Of a DNA stretch of 64,000 bases, positions 24,966 to 36,440 are shown piece after piece. This DNA comes from Negaprion brevirostris. Lineage: Eukaryota. A model generated the notes under the pieces. That model was not told the origin of the DNA. It saw only the letters and a program-made list of their open reading frames with translations, and searched no databases. The stretch lies in assembly GCA_030324005.1 (NCBI GenBank), contig JARDVH010000097.1, positions 43,019,796-43,083,795 on the forward strand, given 5' to 3'. Position numbers and translations under genes: made by a program. The first letter of the stretch is position 1, and each line of letters begins with the position of its first letter.

Positions 24966-25238
24966 TCTCCACATATTATGATGCAGAAGGCCATTTGACC
25001 CATCATCATGTCTGCACTAGCTCTCCAAACAAGCATCACAACTTAGCACAATCCCTCTGCCTTATCCTTGTACTCCTGCACATGGTGACTAATTGAATAG
25101 AACAGAAACAATTAGTCACTCTAGAATATCTTGATTGAACCTGCCTCCACCACACTTCCAGGTCATATCAAGAAAATGCAGACAAACTGGAAGAAACATC
25201 AGATGTCACTGAATCAAACTGGTCAATTTTTAATGATT

Positions 25239-25390
25239 GTAGTACACCTCAACAGGTTAAAGTCCAACAGGTTTATTTGGAATCACGAGTTTTCAGAGTG
25301 CTGCTCACCTGATGAAGGAGCAGCGCTCCGAAAGCTTGTGGTTCCAAATAAACCTGTTGGACTTCAACCTGGTGCTGTGAGACCTCTTAC
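25239..25390 (+). mobile_element. Palindromic Penelope-like element
   Basis: Arms aggttaaagtccaacaggtttatttggaatcac / gtggttccaaataaacctgttggacttcaacct; same family as 13382-13559. Confidence 0.8.
25306..25340 (+). ncRNA. Minimal type-I hammerhead ribozyme motif (Penelope-type)
   Basis: CAC-CUGAUGA-A-GGAGC(AGC)GCUCC-GAAA-GC-UU-GUG: conserved CUGAUGA and GAAA boxes, a 5-bp stem II, palindromic AGCU in place of stem III, and a CAC/GUG stem I. Confidence 0.65.
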
Positions 25391-26330
25391 AGAAAGATGA
25401 AGTGAAAGAATATTAGTAACTAGGAAGAGTTGCAAAAATGTGGTCCTCACAAATATTAAAACAAGGGAAATTTGATAGTCAAAATGTTAAGTCTGTAAAT
25501 GTAGATCACATGTAGATTTTACCCAGAGGTTCATGAAGAAAAGGAAAGTTAGGAAGGATCGAATGATTCTGATGAATTGAATAGTTAGGATGAGTAGAGT
25601 ACCAATAATTACTCCAACACACATCAAACCAATTCAGATCAGTGTCAGAGCTAGACAGATGAAGTGGAAAACTCAACTGAAGGTGAAAGCCAAAAATTAG
25701 TCTTTGTTGGAGAAAATCTTCCTCAGACTTGGGCCAAAATGGGTCAAAGTCTTACCAAGTTCTAGAAGGTTAGATCAAGAAAGAAGGNNNNNNNNNNNTA
25801 TCCTGTTAGGAATTTTGGTTGGGCAAATGGCCTTAGTCTACAAAGCACAAGAGGCATCTCTCCCCATTACAGACAGACAGACAATTGGTTATATTGCATG
25901 AGGGGCACCTCTTCGCATCGAGTGTAGCCAAAGCAATTAAGGAGACTGATCTTCATGAACTACCATAACCAGTACAGGGATTGTACCCATGTGGTTGGCA
26001 CCACACTCTAGCCATTTATTCGATTGAGCTGACCAATCCCATTGTGTCCCCTGACATATTTGATATGCAAACTACTCCTGTCCAGTTTAGAGACTTGAAC
26101 AAAATTGAAGCACTTTTTGCAAATTCACCCTTGCAGTTGTTTAGAATTCTGTGACATCCTCAAATGAATTCTTGGGTCAAATATAATTTGCTTTTAATAA
26201 ATCCATGCAGTCATCATTAGTTTACATTTATAAAACAAAATAACATTTGCATATTGGATTAAAAAGAGAAATTCTTGCTTGACCAACCTCATTGAAGAAG
26301 TAACGAAGAGGGGTAATGCAGTAGATGCAA

Positions 26331-26351
26331 CATGTCATGTCATGTCATGTC
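26331..26351. repeat. (CATGT)4 microsatellite
   Basis: catgtcatgtcatgtcatgtc. Confidence 0.9.
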
Positions 26352-27929
26352 TTCAATGCAGTCAATATCAATATGTTGATATACACTATGCATTGAAACA
26401 ATATTTAAAAATAACTTGCTTCCAAACCTCACTAAGGTCACAAGTTTGGCTGATCATGAAACTGCCAATTTTAAGCTAGTTTTCAGATCAAATTCTTCAA
26501 ACCCGTGCTTATCAGCAGTCTCCCATCATTAACACTGTTACATTCAGTGCTAATATCTGGATGGCAGTCTCAGAGCCACAAATGGATCTATGATTTTGTC
26601 ATCTTAATGATAAAATCAGTTCAGATGTCAATCATATTGAATACAACCAGAACAAAGCATGGGACATTAGCACTCGACAGAACAGACAAGCCTATAGTGT
26701 AACTGGAGTACAGTAATAAGTGAGCACTACAAGGAAAAAGGCACAAAGTGCCAAAAGACATTTTTATACTGGAAGACCTATGCTCAGTAATAAAAAAGAT
26801 ATTAGATGCAAGAATCCTGGAATCAATTAAGACACTATTTAATATGACGATTCAGTTTTCTGAGATGAGTCAAATTGTCTCATTCATACTTATGTTGCGA
26901 TTTGTGAAATAGATACTCCCCTGACAAAATAGCAGATGTTCAACCAGCGCTGGGATTTATTACCAGTAAATCAAAGGAAAATGAAGTTTACTTGCAATGA
27001 GACCATGTAGAGAAGAAATTACAAAATTGGGTGAAAAGTAATGAACTGGTCATGAATTTGAACTAAACACAATTTAATTGGTTGAAATGGCCCAAAACCA
27101 AAAAAAAGACCATTCCAAATTAGGTTTACTGCAGAATTATTTGTTCCACAGAATTCTGCATTTGACTCCCCAGTAAAACTATCTGGAACAACGCCACCTT
27201 TTCCCCCCACATATTACAGAACAGACAGATCATCTTTTCAATGATCTGGAAGAAGCTCACAGGGGAACCAGTTTTTATTTACCCCTCCTGCAAAATGGAA
27301 AACATTCTCTTTGTGAATCAATGATTCTACACTCAGAGGGAAAAATAAAACATACAAGCAAATGCAACCATCACATTATAAACTGATTAGCTCATGGAAT
27401 AAGTTTCTGCAATGGGATAAGGGAACCAGTAGTTAAGCTAGGTAAACAGGAAGAGCTGATGCATGGATGTTGTTTTCATAATCCAAACTATAGAATTGTT
27501 TCCATTTACTCAGTATATCAGTGATTCCCATCCTGACATACTATCCAGAATTTGAAAAATGGGACAAAAAGTAGTATTTTCAATATCAGATTTCTTTTTA
27601 CGAAAATGCTACACAGTGTAAATGGTACATTGCATAAGTTGCAGGGGGTGAAACATATAATGTGAAATTGTTTAACCCATGAACTTCATTCTTCTAAAGA
27701 AAATCCTCAGTTCCATCTAAGTTTGAACTGGGCAAAGCACAGAACACCAAATTACTTAATTGCAATTTTTCTCAATTCCTACCCTAGTGTCACAGACACA
27801 TTACAATCCCTCACAATCACAATGTTGAGGAGTTATTCTGCAGGCATGATTAACAAAAAAAAGTAACCACCAAATTTTAGGATTATTTAAATGTAGAAAA
27901 ATATCACATAGCATTTCAGGAGGTAGAAA

Positions 27930-29580
27930 TCAGAACCCCCACATCCCCCACAACCAAAAAGTGCCAATTGGTAGTAGGAGAGACCAAAACAGCAAGGCGA
28001 GTCTAGATGGAGACTGAAATTGAGGATCAGGAGCCAATGCTGAGGACAAGAGAAAATAAAGACTATCTTGGCAAGAAATTTGGGATGTAGTTATTACAGA
28101 ACAAATATTTTCCCTGAGTGTTGAGAAGTGAACAAGGTGAGGTACAGAAAGGAGCAAAAAGGTGCTGGAAATGGAGTCTGAGACACCAGGGTGTAATTTG
28201 ATAAGAACCAAACTGACACCACAGCATTTTGAATGGCAGTTGGTGGCAAGTATAGTCAGCTGGGGAGGCTTCAGTGAGGAGCAAAGTTGCCCCAGTTATG
28301 AAACAAGCATCAGTGAAAATCAGGGAGGTCAATACAGTCATCCACAGTTACTTTGCTTGTGTGAGTGAATGGATATTCTGGAGGGAAATTTGGAAGAGGC
28401 TAATTATTGTGTTCTGCTGAGACTTCGTGATAAGTGCAGGATAGGAAATACATTAACAAGATTCATCCAGTATGCCACTCATGAGGAAAGTCAGTACAAT
28501 CAGCATGAGGCAGTGGTGACTGCAGCAATGACAGAGGCCTTGATGGGCCTCGAGAACGCAAAGGAAGGCAGAGCAGTTTGTTGTGATTAACCACGTTGGA
28601 TTCATACTGGTGGTAGCAACAGGCTATGGAAGAAATGCTTGCATGGTTGTGGAGGTCACTTGAGATGCAGAGATAGAAAATGGTACAATGCGGGGGCAGG
28701 GGCAGGTAATAAAGGGTCAATAAGAAAGAAGAAAGAGGGTTGGGAGAGTTGGGGTAAAGAGAAGTCTCAAGTTTAGTTTCAAAGTCAAAGCCAAAACGCA
28801 CATGCAAACATCCAAGTAAACATGACAAGGGTTCAGAGAGAGATCTGTCCCAGTCGTAAACAGAGAACAAGAGGAGATGCAACATAATTAAGGTGAAGTC
28901 TTGGGACCTATGGTGGGGTTAAGTTGATTTGTGGGCATGGCTGAATCAGCTTAGAACATTGACTAAACAAGTTTGGAGGGCCAAATTAATTCAGCAGCTG
29001 TTTGATGGGTTAAGGGTATGTTTGAACACGTTCGCGATCGTCTACAGAAAACAGAGCTGAGGAAAAATGAAGAGCCAATTTTGATCCAGGACTCTAGCAG
29101 AGATGCATTACGGTTTCACATGTTAGCACTGCATACTGAAGGCATGAGGAATATTGTGTAAAAGCAATGAATTCAGAAAACATGGGGAAGAGTAAAATCA
29201 TTCACAGAATCAGTATAGATGAGGGAGCTGGTATATGAAACAGTTGTAGGAAAGAGGGGACCACAAGTGATCCTGAATAGTCAGAATTTGAGCAGCCTGT
29301 CCATTAAGGGAGAGAGAAGTTTGGCAGGGCAAATCAACTTAGCATTGCAAGAACCAAGTTGAAAGCAGAAAAGCAGACATCATCCAACAAAGAAGCAGAA
29401 TCGGAAGCAGGATTAGAACCAACAGAAAAATTAGTCCAAGTATTGACGGATAAATCTCCAGTAGTATAAAGCGTAACAGATACTTGAAAAGGAGCAGTTC
29501 AAAAGAGAATAGAATCCCAGTGGAAAACTGCTCACAATAAAAAGCAGCAGAGAAACAGATTTCACCCCAGGGCTTAACAG
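27930..29580 (-). mobile_element. Highly decayed L2-like LINE body
   Basis: GA-rich plus strand typical of antisense L2 ORF2, with no intact reading frame. Confidence 0.45.
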
Positions 29581-30019
29581 CAGCAAAGGATAATCCATTG
29601 ATTATAAATCACTTTGGGGCTTTGAGGATGTGATATAACAATACTACATAAATGTAAGCTCCTTCCTCGATCAATTGGAGACTGTGACTCACAGGCAGCT
29701 TTGTACAGTTACTCAAGGAACACTAGGTGGCAGTACAAAAGGTCACAAATGTGAACAATGAATGTCTGGAACTACAATGATCTTTATATATTGTTTGGAG
29801 GCAGAGAACCTCCTGGAAGTTTTGACAGCTCAAGAATGAAATGCACTGCTTTCCCCACCCCCAACACAGAAATTCATGCATAACTAATACGTTAAACCAA
29901 AACACCGTTATATGCATATTTCCTCAAACCTATACACAGCTTCAGAGTTTGTATGTTGAAATTGCACTTAGCTAAGTGACAAAATCCTGCCCCCAAGCAA
30001 AAAGGCTTGAACATAAGTT

Positions 30020-30345
30020 TTCTCCATGGCCTCACCCTTCCCATCTCTAATCTCTTCCAGCCCAACAAAACTCAGACATCCATCCCCACTCCTCCAACCC
30101 TCGTCTCCCAAGCATCCCAGATTTTAATTGCAACATCTCTTCTAGCTACCAGGGCCTGAAGCTCTGGAATTCCTTTCCTAAACCTCTCCAACTCTACCTT
30201 GTTTTCTTCCTTTCTTAAAACATCTCTGACCATTCTTGTATCATCTCCTCTACTACTGTGGCTAGATTTCCTTCTTAAAATGCTTCTCTGAAACGCCTTG
30301 GGACATTTCATTATGTCAGAGGTGCAACAGGAATGCAGATTATCA
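30020..30345 (+). mobile_element. L2 LINE 3' end
   Basis: ccctt cccatctctaatctcttccagcc ... ctctggaattcctttcctaaacctctc ... gaaacgccttgggacattt. Confidence 0.7.
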
Positions 30346-30759
30346 TGGTTCATTCTGAGTAAATGGAAAGTTGCTCTCACAATCTTTTGGGCACTACAGG
30401 ATCCAACATCACTATTGCTGGTGTTGCTTTAGAGGCAGAACTTTGAATTTTAGGAATTAAAATGTTAAATGCAAGATAACTGGAAACACTTGGTTGAGAA
30501 ACTGATGAACAACCCTGAATAAGTGCAATTCAAACAGACCTGGAGTAATCAAAGTTTCAACGGGGTAATCCGTGTTTATTTAATAAGATTGGAGTTAACA
30601 GGGAGAAAGGTTAAACAATGGATGATCCATCTTTCAACTTGGGGATTTACATTTTTCATACAGCTCCCTGGTTCAGAGTGCAAAAAGGCATGCGAAGAGC
30701 AGCACCAGCCATTCCTAAAAATGAGACATCAATCTGGTAATGTTAAAATACATGAGTAC

Positions 30760-32660
30760 TTCCATATCAAACACCAGAAGCTGCATGCAGTAGATGGAGA
30801 CAAACAACCCCACACCTAGTGGATCAGATCTAAGCTCTGCAATCCAGCCACATCCAGTTTAATTAACTATTCACAAACAACAGGAAGCAGCTCCACAAAT
30901 ATGCCCACTCAAATGATGGGAGAGCCAAGCACATTTGTACAAAATAGAAAGCTGAAGCATTTGCAACGATCTTCAGCCGGATCATCCACCTGGCATTTCC
31001 ATCTCTGCCCCTCCCTGATCTCTCCGGTATTCAGCCAATTTACTCCATGAGACATCAAGAAACAGCTGAAGGCACAGGATATGCAAATGGTACAGGCCCT
31101 AACGACATTCTGGCAAAGGTATTTAAGGCTTATGCTGCANNNNNNNNNNNNNNNNNNNNNNNNNNNNNNNNNNNNNNNNNNNNNNNNNNNNNNNNNNNNN
31201 NNNNNNNNNNNNNNNNNNNNNNNNNNNNNNNNNNNNNNNNNNNNNNNNNNNNNNNNNNNNNNNNNNNNNNNNNNNNNNNNNNNNNNNNNNNNNNNNNNNN
31301 NNNNNNNNNNNNNNNNNNNNNNNNNNNNNNNNNNNNNNNNNNNNNNNNNNNNNNNNNNNNNNNNNNNNNNNNNNNNNNNNNNNNNNNNNNNNNNNNNNNN
31401 NNNNNNNNNNNNNNNNNNNNNNNNNNNNNNNNNNNNNNNNNNNNNNNNNNNNNNNNNNNNNNNNNNNNNNNNNNNNNNNNNNNNNNNNNNNNNNNNNNNN
31501 NNNNNNNNNNNNNNNNNNNNNNNNNNNNNNNNNNNNNNNNNNNNNNNNNNNNNNNNNNNNNNNNNNNNNNNNNNNNNNNNNNNNNNNNNNNNNNNNNNNN
31601 NNNNNNNNNNNNNNNNNNNNNNNNNNNNNNNNNNNNNTTGTTAAATTGCTCTTTAGTGTCCCAAGATGTGTAGGTTACATGGAATAGATGTGATAAATGT
31701 GTGGGGTTATGTGTAGGTAGGGTGGGGGAGAGGGTAAGATGCTCTGTCAGAGAGCTGGTGAGGACCCAGTGGGCTCAATGGCCTCTTCAGCTGCTTCAAT
31801 GAGATTCTTTCCATCACAAGGTTATAAGTGGAAATGCGCATGATGATTGCCAATGTTCAATACCATTTGTGACTCCTCAGATACTGAACTAACCCATGTC
31901 CACATGAGCAAGACCTGGGCAACAGTTAGGCTGGGGCTAAGTGGCAAGCAACATTCATGCCATACAAGTGCCAGTCATGAACATCTCCAACAAGAGAGTG
32001 GATCTAATCATCATTCTCTGACATTCAATGGAATTACCAACACAATCTCCACACTAACAACATCCAAACTGAACTGGACTATCCATATAAATACTGTGGC
32101 CACAACAGCAGCTCAGACTGAAAATTCTGTAACTCATCTCCTGATTCCCCAAAGCCTGTCCACCATTTATAAGGCAAAAAGTAAGGAATATCCCCCACTT
32201 GGGAGTGAAGCTGTAACAACACTCAGAAGTTCAAGGATACTCAGAACAAAGCTGCCTGCTTGACTAGCATCCCATCTACCATCTTAAACATTCACTCCCT
32301 CTGACAGCCACAGTAGAAGTGTCACGTAGCATCTACAAAATACACTTCAGTAACTCAAAGCTCCTTCAACAGTAAGTTTCAAATGCATGAGTTCTACCAC
32401 CTAGGACAAGGGAAGCAGACTCATGGGAACACCAAGTGGAAATTCCCCATCCATGCAACTCACCATCCTAACTTGGAACATTCCTTCACTGTTGTTGGCT
32501 CAAAATCCTAGAACGTCCTTCCTAACAGCATGGTGCTGTACCTACACCACAAAACTGAAGCAGTTAGGGAAGGCAGCACACCATCACCTCAAGAGCAATT
32601 AGGGATTGGCTATAAATGCTGGCCTAGTCAGGGACATCCACATCGTGTGAATGAAAAATT
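30760..32660 (+). mobile_element. CR1-like LINE ORF2 and 3' end fragments, interrupted by a gap and a SINE fragment (31638-31790)
   Basis: Includes gctgaagcatttgcaacgatcttcagcc, ggccctaacgacattc (GPD/N-I motif) and aaactgaactggactatccatataaatactgtggc. Tail is gcaattagggattggctataaatgctggcctagtcag. Confidence 0.75.
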
Positions 32661-33739
32661 CAAAGTTATAAGCACCTTTGTAAACAAGGGGATTTCTTCA
32701 GGGAGAACCAGCAACTCTGAAGGAGATAAAAAAAATATGAGAGCAATCAGCAGTTCAGTTTGGGAATACGTAGCATTGATGCTCAGTCTAGGGAACAGGG
32801 AGATAAATGTTTGCCATTGCTTCAATTTAGGCAGAGAAAATATAACTGTTTGCTGTGCAGGATATGGGTGGGTGTTTGCACTTAGAATGGAGACATAGTT
32901 CATGGTGGGGACAGAGGCTGGAAGATTAGCCCAGCTTAGTGCTAGATCTGACAAGGAATGAGGTGGGGGTGGTATACAAGAGCCTTTCCCAACTGCAAGA
33001 TCAGCACCAAACCTAGTGCAAGTTTTGGTGCAGTTTCTGCATAAGCGTGATCAAAAATTTCAGTGCTGCAGTACCTTTCATTGTGAATTTATTTACATAA
33101 TTTAGATTAGAATGCAGGGAGAATGGTAACAAACCAAACATCACATCATAAAAATTTACCACTGGAACTCAAAGTGGAAAGTGTATTGAAAACATGGTTA
33201 GCAGCCAAGACCGAACATTGTAAATTAGTTGCTTGCTCAAGAGTACAGGAGAGATCAGTGGATCCCATGACTGGTATGGTGCCAATTAGTCTAAGAGTGG
33301 AGCTGATTCTGCAGCCAAGAAGCCACAGGGTCGTGGCAGTGGCAAACCCTTTGAAACTTTCTCAGTGATCTGAAGGGGGCCACTGACCCCAGTTTAAAAA
33401 CGGAACACGTTATTTGGCACATCAAGTCTATACTAACATCCATGAGGCATAGAATAATTCCACTTTCCTCCTTACTCCTCAGATGCATTAATATTTCTCT
33501 TTGTAGCACAACAAGATTGAAAGGTTTTAAAAGTCTGTGTATTTTGGCCCCAGTCAATCTTATTTCCTCTGCAATGGGATGATCACAGATACCACCACGC
33601 CAAGTAATTATAGCAAATTTTGGATCAACGTGGGGCCACTAGGCACTGGTAGATCTCCACCCAATCAGGGAGTAGGAAAAGGAGTTCTGTTGCTTATTTC
33701 ATAAGGAATGTTGGCTGTAACTCACTCTACTAAAGGCAG

Positions 33740-34120
33740 GAAATAACTTACATCCACACAACACCTTTCATTTGTTCAAGGCACCCAAAATTACTTTTAA
33801 AATTAATCCACCAATTGTGATTTACAGCAGCCAATTTATGCCCAACAATGCTCAGTGGGTTTTAGTAGTGCTGGTTGAGGGAGAGATGTTGGCTAACATG
33901 TTATCAACCCAAGATCTTTTACAACCAGGTGACCAGCTTGGGCAGAGAACAAAACACAAGTGGACATACCGACATGTCTCAGTAAGTCAGCTGCTAGTTG
34001 ATCATGGAAGACAACCCATGAGCAATGCAACACTCCCTTAGCACAGCGATGAAAAGTCAGCCTAGGTTATGTGCATAATGCTGTGGGCATTTGAAACAAA
34101 GGCAAGTACTACCAACTAAA
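33740..34120 (-). mobile_element. Decayed Deu-type (SacSINE1-like) SINE
   Basis: Reverse-complement similarity to 36075-36440. Confidence 0.5.
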
Positions 34121-35494
34121 GCAAACCAACACTGTGAAATAGAATGTTAATCAAGCTCCTATACAAGTATTCTATTTTTTAAAAATCAATTGAAGGTGTC
34201 TGGCAGAAACAAAACCCCTTTGGGCTGCCAGAAATGCACCAATAATGAAGGAAATTGTCTATTCCATTTCAGCAAGACCATAAATTAAATTCCACCTACT
34301 GCACTGACAAATTAACCACAGAGACAAAAAAAATTGTTCTGCTATTTTCTCTCCAAAAGCAGAAAAACCTTCTGTGCCTCCCTTTGAGAATGGCTTTATC
34401 AGATACACTTGAGCGCTGTTAAATAAATACTGAAACTGTGGTCAAGTTCATATTAAATCACAAGGCAAGAATCTCCCTTTTTAAAAAAAATCCACTGGAG
34501 TTTTGTTTGTGTAATCGCTTGGTGACTGTCCAGTCTTGTTCTCAGCTTGCAGTGAAGACAGGCCCTGACTCAGCATTTCCGACAAACAAAGGCCATTTGC
34601 TTTCATGCTTACTGTTTTCGCTTTGCTGATCAAAGTGCTGCCAATTTTTCTTTTCTCCTTCACCATTAGTCTCAGGGAAAAAAATGTTCAAACTTGATGG
34701 GGGCCCCTTCAGGAAAGGGTCGCAGAGGTCAAAATCAGAGCCTGCTCATGTGGTTTCATTGGCCTATTTCCCTGCAGCTATTTCTCTTTTCCCACCCCCT
34801 CCTTATTTACTTGCCCTGCCAGGAGTTTGTCAATTGCATAAAGTAAAAGAATAAAAGCTTTATGCAGGGAAGTTTTGCCAGTGACATTAAAAACAGGGAG
34901 TTGAGTGCTGTAGCTGCTCATTACCCCAACATTAAAATATTTAATTGCACTCTGGGTGTTTGCAGCAAATCTCCAGTTAAAAACATGTTTTGAGAAGAAT
35001 GGATCAAGACAAAACTTAGAACCCTTCAGCTGGCCTCAGCTTCAGTCAGCCTGAGTTAACAAAATGGGATTATATCAATTAAAATCTACCACATCTTCCG
35101 TAAGGTTTATAGAACCAAGACATGAGAATTTATTCCTCAGAGTTTCTTTCTTCGATTTGTGCCTTGAGCAAATTATATTTCCATGCACGATGTGCAGGGG
35201 AGCAGTGAGTGAAGATGGGAACTCTCTCATAACATGAGTTGTTTGGGCTTGTACATAAAACAAAGTTGAAGAGAAACTGCAACATTCCAACAAACTCACC
35301 CGATCAGATCCAGTAATTTATTCCCTAGTTCTGATTAATGTGTGACTAATTTAACCACTTTCAACATCATAAATCAAAAACGTTCATTCATTAACTATCC
35401 TGTTTTTGTTTTTAAAACAGCAGTTTTCCCCAACTTGTTTGATTTGCTGAATGGTGCTGATTATGGAACAATGATTTAATGACANNNNNNNNNN

Positions 35495-35672
35495 TTAGGT
35501 GCATTGGCTGTGCTAAATTGTCCCTTAGTATCCCAGGATGTGTAGGTTAGAAGGATTAGTGGGGTAAATATGTGGGGTCATGAGGATAAAGTCTAGGTGG
35601 GATTATGATTGGTACAGACTCGGTGGGCCAAATTACCTCCTTTGCGTTGTAGGGTTTCTATGATTTCTATGA
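35495..35672 (+). mobile_element. HE1-like SINE, 3' half
   Basis: gctaaattgtcccttagt...gggtttctatgatttctatga. Confidence 0.8.
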
Positions 35673-35679
35673 ACTGTAA

Positions 35680-35949
35680 AATCTGTAACAAAAACAGAAA
35701 ATGCTGGAAAATCTCAGCAGATCTGACAGCATGTGTGGAGAGAGAACAGATCTAATGTTTAGAGTATGGATGACCCTTCGTCAGAGCTGGATTTTTTTAA
35801 ATGGCAGAACAAAAGGTAGCTGTGATGAAGGGTAATCCAGACTCAAAACGTTGGCTGTATTCTCTCTCCATAGATGCTGCCAGACGTGCTGAGATTTTCC
35901 AACATTTTGTTTGTTTCAGATTCCAGTAGCCGCAGTATTTTTCTTTTAC
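35680..35949. mobile_element. Inverted-repeat Penelope-like element (second family) with two degenerate hammerhead motifs
   Basis: Arms aaacagaaaatgctggaaaatctcagcagatctgacagcat / atgctgccagacgtgctgagattttccaacattttgttt. Cores are ctgacgaagggtcatcc (minus) and gtgatgaagggtaatccagactcaaaacgtt (plus). Confidence 0.75.
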
Positions 35950-36074
35950 CTTAGTGTTGATTTATATTATGGATACCAGATCAAGTAGAATTAGGACGGG
36001 AATGAATCTGCAATGTTATTGAATGAAACTAATAATAGCATATAGAATGCTACAGTTTCCTTTTCTGAGTGTTA

Positions 36075-36440
36075 CCGCTAGCTCAAAACTGAAGGTTAGA
36101 CCTGTAAGTCCTACTACACAGGAACTGAAGCTAGCACTCCAGTGCAGTACTGATAGAGTTCTACACTGTTTAGTTAAATCATGGTCCCATTTGGTCTCTC
36201 AAGTGAATGGTAATATTTTGAAGAGGGGAGTTTCTTCAGTGCCCTGACCAATAATTATCCCCCAATTAGCATCACTAAACAACAAATTATCTAGTCATTA
36301 TCACATGTCGTTTGTGGGAGCTTGCTGTGCACAAACTGGCTGTTCCATTTCTTACATTACAGCAGTGACTGCATTTCAAAACAACTTCCTTTGGCTGTAA
36401 AGTTCTTTGCGATATTAAGAACGAGAAATGTACTTGTATA
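36075..36440 (+). mobile_element. Deu-type (SacSINE1-like) SINE with an L2-type tail
   Basis: Contains actccagtgcagtactga, tgtttgtgggagcttgctgtgcacaaactggctg-like Deu core, and ttggctgtaaag. Confidence 0.75.

Noticed and set aside
31047-31673. Long ORFs spanning N runs (also 56200-56559, 58539-58965, 60100-60542)
   Set aside because: Their length comes from undetermined bases.
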